NCBI GenBank assembly: GCA_951406725.2
Contig: OX597819.1
Coordinates: forward strand, 102,114,001 to 102,178,000
DNA: 64,000 bases
Direction: 5' to 3'
Origin: Octopus vulgaris
Taxonomy: Eukaryota
This document shows positions 55,387 through 64,000 of this stretch, piece by piece (positions within the stretch are counted from its first letter, which is position 1; each line of letters starts with the position of its first letter). The notes beneath the pieces were generated by a model. It was not told where the DNA came from, ran no database searches, and saw nothing but the letters and a program-made list of their open reading frames with translations. A program made the translations under genes and the position numbers.

Positions 55387-55865
55387 GCGTAAATTCTTTC
55401 CAACGCCTATTATGCATTTGTACATCTTGTATTTGGTATTTCAATGGTTAAACGCGCCTGTTTGTATGTGTGTCTGTGTGTGTCTGCTTTATGAAGACTT
55501 AAGTTCTAACCATATATTGATATGATATGAATTCTGTAGAATTCTTCGTATAATTCTTATCTTTTCGGCAAAGACAAGAATATGCGTTCACCAGCAGAAT
55601 TCCTAGAGCATTTGTCATTTAACTTACACAACAGGCCACGTTAACAAGGTATATTGAATTGGTTAAGAAGAAAAAAAGATAGACAGACAGAGATAAAGAG
55701 AGGGGGTTTGTCAGATGTAAGGGGATACATCTAAAAAGATAAAGCGTGATAGAATGAAAGTGAGAGATTGATATGAATAACGCAAATCTCTGACTAATAT
55801 CACATATCGGTATAAACACCCACACATGCACAATATCTATATCTATTATCAAGGCTAGCGTGATG

Positions 55866-55914
<49 letters not shown>

Positions 55915-56214
55915 ATATACGTATGTATCCGTGTATATGTGTGTGCGTGTTTGTAAGTCTATAATTGTTTGAGCGTATGATTGTGTGTATGTGTGTGTAT
56001 ATTTATGCACACGCACACACATATTTATATAGATAGGTGCGCTCAGACAATCATAGGATTGTGCGCATGTGCACATGAAAATATGGATACAAAGAACTCA
56101 TAAAACTCAGAATTGGTCACGTTCTTTGCCAATATGTCAACTGTTATACCAATTTCTTGGCTACTGTCATTTCTATTCCGAACATATGTTTGTGTATGTG
56201 TGTATGGGTGTCTG

Positions 56215-56262
56215 TACGAGAACTCACACATATACTCAGATATGGGCACACGTTTATAGATA

Positions 56263-56305
<43 letters not shown>

Positions 56306-56347
56306 ATAACCTGTGCTCATATCTAAGTATATGTGTGAGTTCTCGTA
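56215..56347. repeat. Inverted repeat with arms of about 43 bp enclosing a (TA)n tract
   Basis: TACGAGAACTCACACATATACTCAGATATGGGCACAC versus CTGTGCTCATATCTAAGTATATGTGTGAGTTCTCGTA, with about 3 mismatches. Confidence 0.92.
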
Positions 56348-56416
56348 GAAGCGCCCCCACACACACACATATATTTATATATATATATATATATATCTAT
56401 GTTTTGTATATGCATG

Positions 56417-56456
<40 letters not shown>

Positions 56457-56697
56457 ACACATAAAGAAAACATACATATACATACACACACACACGCCTA
56501 TGTGGGTTCCCTTTCTCTAGGTGTGTGTGTTCGTGGCACAGTGATTGTGTAGACGGAAACGGAAGTAGGTGGCTACGTTGGCAATTATATCATATATATT
56601 TTGCTAGCCATACATTCCAGAACAGTTTTGCCGTCATCGCCATCAACACCACCATTTATGTAACAATATACTCATGAACGAAATCTGTAGATAGCAC

Positions 56698-56733
<36 letters not shown>

Positions 56734-56941
56734 ATCATTAATATGCGTGTCTATATTCCTGAATCTACATTGATATTATATACATATTTTTATGTACACA
56801 CGTATTTGTGTAAGTGTGTATATATTTATGTACATTAATATGAACCTATATATCAACATATACATAAACAATATATGTACATATATACTCATAGATGCAC
56901 ACACACACACATTCGCAAATAAACATATGTTTATATACACG

Positions 56942-57005
<64 letters not shown>

Positions 57006-57678
57006 TGCATAGGCATGTCTCTGTATGATGTGAATACATATTTTTTTAAGTATAGATAAAACCTATGGCAAAATGTGTTGACTAAATATTTAACTTGATA
57101 TGGCTCCGATAATTTAGGTTATAGAGCGCATTGAAGTGATGTCCTTAACTACCAGTGTTTATTTAACAGTCTCAACCATACCATTCAGTGTTACTTTGGC
57201 CATGTCCTGTTGCGGATTACTGAGTATAAAATATGAACAACCAAGAATAAAATTTCCGGGTATAACCGAACTATATCACTGAATGTATTCATTTCTTCAC
57301 TGCATGTTCAATAAGAGTGCCGCAACGGGATCATACGGCATGCTAAATCTAACAATTAGTGCATCTGATAAAAGATGGGTACAACGGATAATGTAGTCCA
57401 AAATATAACGTCAAAGAAAGAATAGTTTAAAAGTGCATAATACAAAATGCACAATGAACAGCACTGGACGTGTTTTGGTTATATGTGCCTCCTCAGGATC
57501 GAGGGTAGGTGTAAATAGTAACAACTACTTGCGGCCTCGTAAGCTCGAAAGGCTGTTATTGTGAGGTTAGTCTATTTATTATGTATTCCACTGATGAGCC
57601 AACAGTTGGCTGCTGTTTTGCTATCAGCCAATATATCCTATATATGATAAATTCTCCTGGCATAACTCCCTCTTCCAC

Positions 57679-57721
<43 letters not shown>

Positions 57722-58047
57722 CCACATGTCACTGGAAATAGAGATGGATCTTCTCTGCTGTCATTAAGTCTGTTAGAAACACCAACCAATCACACACTAA
57801 TTAAGCCTTATCGTCTTCGAGGATACGGAAGGAAAGCACATTGAACAGTATAATCTTAATGTAGGGTAGTCCTGAAAAGAAAGTGCTGGGCTTATGGCTT
57901 AAACGCCATTGATAGTAGGTTGTCTGGATTAGAGATGGCCTGGGGTCCACCTGCTGTTACCTCCACCACCGCTGACACCGTTACTACAACAACAACAACT
58001 ACTACTACTACTACTACTACTACCACTACTACACCACCACCACCACC

Positions 58048-58095
<48 letters not shown>

Positions 58096-58753
58096 GTACA
58101 CTGGATTTTGGCAATGAGTCTGTGATAATAATAGCCAGTTATTTCTCAAGACAATGAATACTGTTTGAATTTCCCAGGAAAATAATGTTTGAATTCATTT
58201 CAAGAGAGGGGGGGGGGAAATTACCCAGAGGTCAACATCTAAGCATTTGTTTTTTTTCTCTTTTTTTTTGTTTCTTCCATCCTCCATTATTTATTTTGAT
58301 ATTATTTATCACTGTTTCAAATCTCCACCGCAGAGCGACAAAACAAACACAAAAAAAAGGATGAAAAAGTAAATAATAAAACAAATACGGTAAAGGAAAG
58401 AAAAAATATATAAAACTATAGAATCTAAACCTATACAGCCAGAGAATTCCCTACTCACTCCTCGTTCTATCTACCCAGCATTTACCGAATACAAATAAAT
58501 AAAGGGATATAACAAAATAAAAGAATATTGACGTCAATTAATGGAATTACATAAAACAATTGAAAGAACAGGAATTAGTGTAATTCCTCCGCTATTTATC
58601 ATCATCATCGCCACCAAGAATATCCTAATCCGTACACGCATACACACATACACACATACACATACACACACACATGAGATCAAAGACCAAAAGCAACAGA
58701 AGGAATTCTAATATCAACAGAAACCCAACATCAGAATCTCTTCCATAATAATG

Positions 58754-58802
<49 letters not shown>

Positions 58803-59399
58803 TAATAATAGACGATGATGTAGCAAGAACTACAACACGAAAACAAAAACAAAAAAAATAAATAAAAGACCAGATATTACCCAAGTGTATTCCGACATTT
58901 AAACTGTTGACTAAATAACAGTTATGGGCCTCATTTCTGAAAAGCGGAAATCCCTATGATCTTCTGTGATTACCGATTCCACAGTCTATGCAAAACAGTG
59001 GGAAGGACGACGGGTGGGGTAGGAGATGAGGAGGAGGAAGAGGAGGGACGGAGGAGGAGGAGGAGAGTGGGGGCTAGAAGCCTAATAGCGGAATAACAAT
59101 GGCCGGGGTTTAGAATATTCGGCTGTGATGTCGGATATACGGAAAAGTAGGGAGGTAGGGTTCGGAGGCCGATGGGTTAGGGGAGTTTGGTAGGAAAGTG
59201 TTGGGAAACTAAATCGAAATGAAAGCATTGTAATAAAATGCAGTGTCTCACGGACGGTGTGTAATAGAACAGAAGAGGTTGGAGAGAGGAGAAATGGCAG
59301 TGGGAAGGCACTTGGATTGCGACTATATACATGTGCCCGTATGTGCGCATATATATGTATTATATGCATATATGTGTGTGTTTGTATGTATATGCATGT

Positions 59400-59518
59400 A
59401 AGTATATGTATATATATATATGTATATACATAGATTTTCATATATATAAATATATACATACATACATATACATACATATATATACATATACATACATATA
59501 TATACACATACATACATA

Positions 59519-59570
<52 letters not shown>

Positions 59571-59582
59571 CAAACATATATG

Positions 59583-59618
<36 letters not shown>

Positions 59619-59637
59619 CATACATATATATACAAAC

Positions 59638-59670
<33 letters not shown>

Positions 59671-59690
59671 CATACATATATATACAAACA

Positions 59691-59740
<50 letters not shown>

Positions 59741-59796
59741 CATATATATACAAACATATATATATATATATATACATACATATATATACAAACATA

Positions 59797-59878
<82 letters not shown>

Positions 59879-59900
59879 CATACAGACAGGTAGATAGACA
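59400..59900. repeat. Higher-order (TA)n/CATA/CAAACA tract followed by (GATA)n
   Basis: Repeated TACATACATATATATACAAACA units. This tract is the source of the spurious 366-aa ORF. Confidence 0.92.
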
Positions 59901-59914
59901 GAGAGATATAGATA

Positions 59915-60032
59915 TAGTACAAAATGGAAAGAAACAAAGATGGGGTAAAAAGGACAAGCATAACGTATAAGAATTACACTCTGGAAAATTATAAGATTTT
60001 AACGTTTCGGGAATACGCTCTTCTACAGAAAT
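59915..60032 (-). mobile_element. Degenerate family D relative with hammerhead-like motif at 59997-60032
   Basis: Minus strand ATTT-CTGTAGA-A-GAGC-GTAT-TCCC-GAAAC-GT-T-AAAA, resembling the 63580 copy. Stem II is disrupted. Confidence 0.55.
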
Positions 60033-60424
60033 ATATGCACGCACAAAGATATATAATATATGCATACATATGCATATAAATATGTGCATCAATGGAAGTG
60101 AAAATGTGAAATTTTGTAAGGATAGATGAAAATGCACTTTACCCAAATACACCCACACAAATATACATACATAATTATACATTCACCGATATACACATGT
60201 GTACGGAGTTATGTATGTGTATATGCGTGTAAATCATAAATGCTGTCTCTGCGTGTATGGCGTATTTGACATTGTGAACTGTCCCCCCACACCCAGCCAC
60301 ATACACAACCTTATCATCTAACCTTTTTTTTATAAGTGTGTGTGTGTGTTTGTGTGTAAGACAGTCTGAGATTCTAAGGAGAATGCTTCAAGGAATCTAT
60401 TAAGCATTAAAAAAAAATCCTCCG

Positions 60425-60447
60425 AACACAACAACAACCACAACAAC

Positions 60448-60531
<84 letters not shown>

Positions 60532-60642
60532 TATAAGAAGAAGAGAAAGAAGAAGAAGAAGAAGAAGAAGAAGAAGAAGAAAAAGAAGGAGAAGAAGAAG
60601 AACAACAACAACAACAACAATAATAATCATGATAATAATAAT
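60425..60642. repeat. Compound microsatellite (AAC)n(AAT)n(AAG)n(AAC)n(AAT)n
   Basis: Read directly from the sequence. Confidence 0.95.
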
Positions 60643-61014
60643 GCTGTATAAAAATAATGCGAAAAAAAATTCATATATATATATATATAAAAAAAAATAT
60701 ATTAAAAAAGAACACTACATCAGGCACCACCGAAGTATTTCCTTTAGAAAAATAAATATTTGAAAAGTTTCATAGTTTAATTCTATTTAGTATGTGTTTT
60801 CTTTTATGCAAGTCTCATGATATGTTGTTGCTGTTGGTGTTGTCGGCGTTGTTACCGTCGTTGCTGATGTTGTTGTTGGTGTTGCTGTTCAGTTCCTTTA
60901 TGTTCTGCGAAATTCGACAGGAATTTTATGCAAGATATTTTTTTTCTTATTTATCTTCTCTTCTTATTGTGCATTTGTTTATGCTTTATTTCATTTTTAA
61001 TCTTTATTTTATTA

Positions 61015-61046
<32 letters not shown>

Positions 61047-61595
61047 TTGTTGAGTTTTTTTTTTGTCATTTTTCACCGACGATTAAATAAATTCTATGGT
61101 GAATCCTTTTGTCTATTTAAAAAAAAATAGACAAAAAATTCTGTGTTTTTTTTTCCCTGCCAACCCCCCACCTCCTTGCGTCTCTCTACCTCAATACCAC
61201 AATTCTGATTTTCCTTTGTACTTCGGTCTGACTCTTTATTCCATTCATTGTGCTTCTCTGCTTCAATAAATGTCTGATTTTACATTCTTGTTTTGTTTAA
61301 TTCATTATTTCTATTCTATTTTATTTTCTTCATATTTTTATACTTTCGATCGTATTCTACGTCCTTCCCACCCTCTTATTCATCGATTTCTTTTTATCTG
61401 CCCTACCCTTAATCCCAGACCATTTAAAGTGAAGAATAAAAAAAAATCCAAACATCATTTAAATCTTCTATTACATTCTTTTAAATCCGTTCTCACTTTT
61501 CAGTTTTTTAACTTTGAAAATATTTACAAATTAAAGGGAATTGATTACATAATTTATGTCGCGAGAAATTATGCATAGGCAATATATATATACAC

Positions 61596-61642
<47 letters not shown>

Positions 61643-61708
61643 CACACACGCGCATATATATATGTTTGTATATATGTATTTATATATGTACGTGCCCATG
61701 CAGATTCA

Positions 61709-61751
<43 letters not shown>

Positions 61752-62171
61752 TTTTATTTATTATGTATGTATATTTGTGTGTGTGTGTATATATGAAGAT
61801 ATATATGAATTGTATATAAATATGAACAAAACGCATGTGTTTACATATAAGCGCGCATTTGTGTGACAGTGTGAGAATATAGTCGCTTATCACACGTGTA
61901 GTACATTGAATACAGAATGTTCGATCACTTGAGACAAACAGAGAAATTAACAGGTGCAACGTTATCCCAGTAGACGAACAAAACCGAAAGCAACAGGCAA
62001 GGGAGATAATTCCGTTACGATCAGTTGACTGAAATTTTCAAACAGTATAGACAAACCAAATAAATGAGGGCCGAAGCATATAGACCGAAATGTGTCTCTC
62101 ATTAATTACATAATCTGGGGACTACCGTAAATTTTTGTGTGCATTTGTGTGTGTGTGTGAGTGTGTATATC

Positions 62172-62310
62172 TTTTATCTGTTTCAGTCTTTAAAACGCGG
62201 CCATGCTCACCTCGAATAGTTTTTGTTTAGTGGAATGAATCAAACCCAGCACTTATTTTTAAGACTGCTAATTATTCAATCGGTCTCTTTTGGCAAGCGG
62301 CTCTACATAC
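62172..62310 (-). mobile_element. SINE family B tail fragment
   Basis: TCTTTTATCTGTTTCAGTC...GCGGCCATGCT...ATCGGTCTCTTTTGGCAAGCGGCT. Confidence 0.7.
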
Positions 62311-62395
62311 AAACACTGATACACACACAAGGAATTATGTATATATATATATTAAAAGAAGTATATATACTTCTGTACGTGTGCACATATACGTT

Positions 62396-62455
<60 letters not shown>

Positions 62456-62734
62456 GAGTGAGAGAGAGAGAGAGAGAGAGAGATTCAGATATGCATGTAT
62501 GTATATATGCTTGTATACGTATATGTCTTATAAACAAGGATCGCTGTTTAAGCTTTTACTAGACTGGCTTCAGGTTCAGACAATCTGAATATAGTCAAAA
62601 GTTTTGGATTTTTATAGTCCCTGAATGTCTTCCACCGTATCCAGTATGCAAACCATGCAACATATGCTTCGTAGAACCTATTGAGTATGTGTTTGTGTAT
62701 AGGTAAATATATGCGTCTAGCTCATATGTATATA

Positions 62735-63030
62735 GGGAAAGCACGTGGCTTAATGATTAGGATATTCGACTCCCGATCATAAGATTGTGAGTTCAATACA
62801 CTGCGACCTGTTGTGTCCCTAAGCGAAACACTTTATTTCCCATTGCCCCAGTTCATTTCGATCACAAAAATGAGCAGTACTTGTATTTCAAAGAGCCAGC
62901 CATGTCACAGTATGTCTCCCTGGTAACTACGTTCATGGTACACGTGTCTCTGGAGTCCTCAGGAACATGCACGTTGAATTCACTATCGCATCAACTGGAC
63001 CCCTCGTTGTCGTAAGCATCGGAGTGTCAA
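62735..63030 (+). mobile_element. SINE family C relative (same head and CORE-like domain, different tail)
   Basis: GTGGCTTAATGATTAG (A box), GAGTTCAATAC (B box), TTGTGTCCCTAAGCGAAACACTTTATTTCCCATTGCCCCAGTTCA. Confidence 0.8.
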
Positions 63031-63544
63031 TAAATCTTATGTATATTTGTGTACATATGTTGTATATATAAAAGACTATACAATTGTATTATACGTCGAT
63101 ATTTAACCACATATCCTCACATACACTCAAACTTAATATATATCTGTTATATAGTTTATAAATAACTATATATGATTATATGGATTTGTATGTGTATACA
63201 AGTGTACGCGCAAGGTAAAGTATGTGTACAGGTGTAAACGTATAGGCCGTATAAATTTATGTCTTTGTAGCCCCAACACGCACATACACACACATATATA
63301 TATATATAAACGTACACGTGAAAGGGGGAGGAGAAGGGAGAGAGACACAGAAAGCGTATTTCTCTTTTATTACTTCTGAAGAATAGATTTCGAAGTTTAT
63401 AATAACATTTTTCGATTTTCAAGATATTGGCATATTTTGATTATTGATCGTGAACGTCGATATGATCAATGTAATTATACTAATTTTATTTCAATTTCTC
63501 TATAACACACCTCACTTAATGTGTGTGTGTGTGAATATATATGT

Positions 63545-63686
63545 TTTTTTATTTTCTCTTCCCGTTTACTTCTGTGTTCCTTTCTGTCGAAGAGCGTAGG
63601 CTCGAAACGTAAGAAGACTTTCTCATTTCCCGAGCGTTAAACTAATATATCTGTCTGTTATTTACATACCTGTCTTCATCTCTTTT
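63545..63686 (+). mobile_element. Family D relative with hammerhead motif at 63580-63616, ending at (TA)n
   Basis: CTTT-CTGTCGA-A-GAGC-GTAG-GCTC-GAAAC-GT-A-AGAAG, followed by TTCCCGAGCG (compare TTCCTGAGCG in the other copies). Confidence 0.72.
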
Positions 63687-63705
63687 TTTTGTAAATTTTC
63701 ACTAC

Positions 63706-63767
<62 letters not shown>

Positions 63768-63823
63768 CTACCTAACTTTCTATCTCTGTATATACATAAT
63801 CATCTATACATCCATATCTCTCC

Positions 63824-63875
<52 letters not shown>

Positions 63876-63879
<4 letters not shown>

Positions 63880-64000
63880 AAGGGCTTAGTAAAATAAATT
63901 ACTTTGCCGCATACTGAACTCATTAGAAATAGCAGCTAAAAAAACTTTTTTAAAAACTATTTCCAATACTTAAAGAAAACCTCTCTCATATAGTGTTTGC
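63876..64000 (-). mobile_element. Terminus of another TA-associated element, truncated by the window edge
   Basis: Starts at a (TA)n boundary and contains CATTAGAAATAGCAGCTAAAA, matching CACTAGAAATAACAGCCAAAA in the 8794-9075 palindrome arms. Confidence 0.45.

Noticed and set aside
59082-60182. Longest ORF (366 aa) and the many other YI/CV/HT/poly-amino-acid ORFs
   Set aside because: They are translations of stop-free microsatellites, with no domain-like sequence.

Overview
AT-rich, microsatellite-saturated animal DNA with no credible intact protein-coding gene. Almost all listed ORFs are translations of (TA)n, (CA)n, (AAT)n, (AGT)n or (GATA)n tracts. The repeat repertoire looks like an octopod cephalopod (Octopus-type) intergenic or large intronic region; this is inferred from remembered repeat families, not from a database search. 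Supported content: (1) about 25 copies of a tRNA-headed SINE (family A, Meta-domain-like), two showing a duplicated 13-16 bp site inside the SINE head; (2) a composite tRNA/CORE-like SINE (family B) and a second CORE-like SINE (family C); (3) a 5'-truncated RTE-clade LINE with an 8-bp TSD; (4) heavily decayed, probably Penelope-like RT remnants; (5) six short, mostly (TA)n-embedded elements (family D) that each carry a minimal type I hammerhead ribozyme motif with a palindromic ACGU in place of helix III; (6) several fold-back palindromes, the largest 282 bp; (7) unique islands with enhancer-like and CTCF-like motifs. The most interesting candidates are the hammerhead mini-elements and the apparently self-targeting SINE. 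Coordinates of degenerate repeats are approximate, and all copy counts were made by eye.
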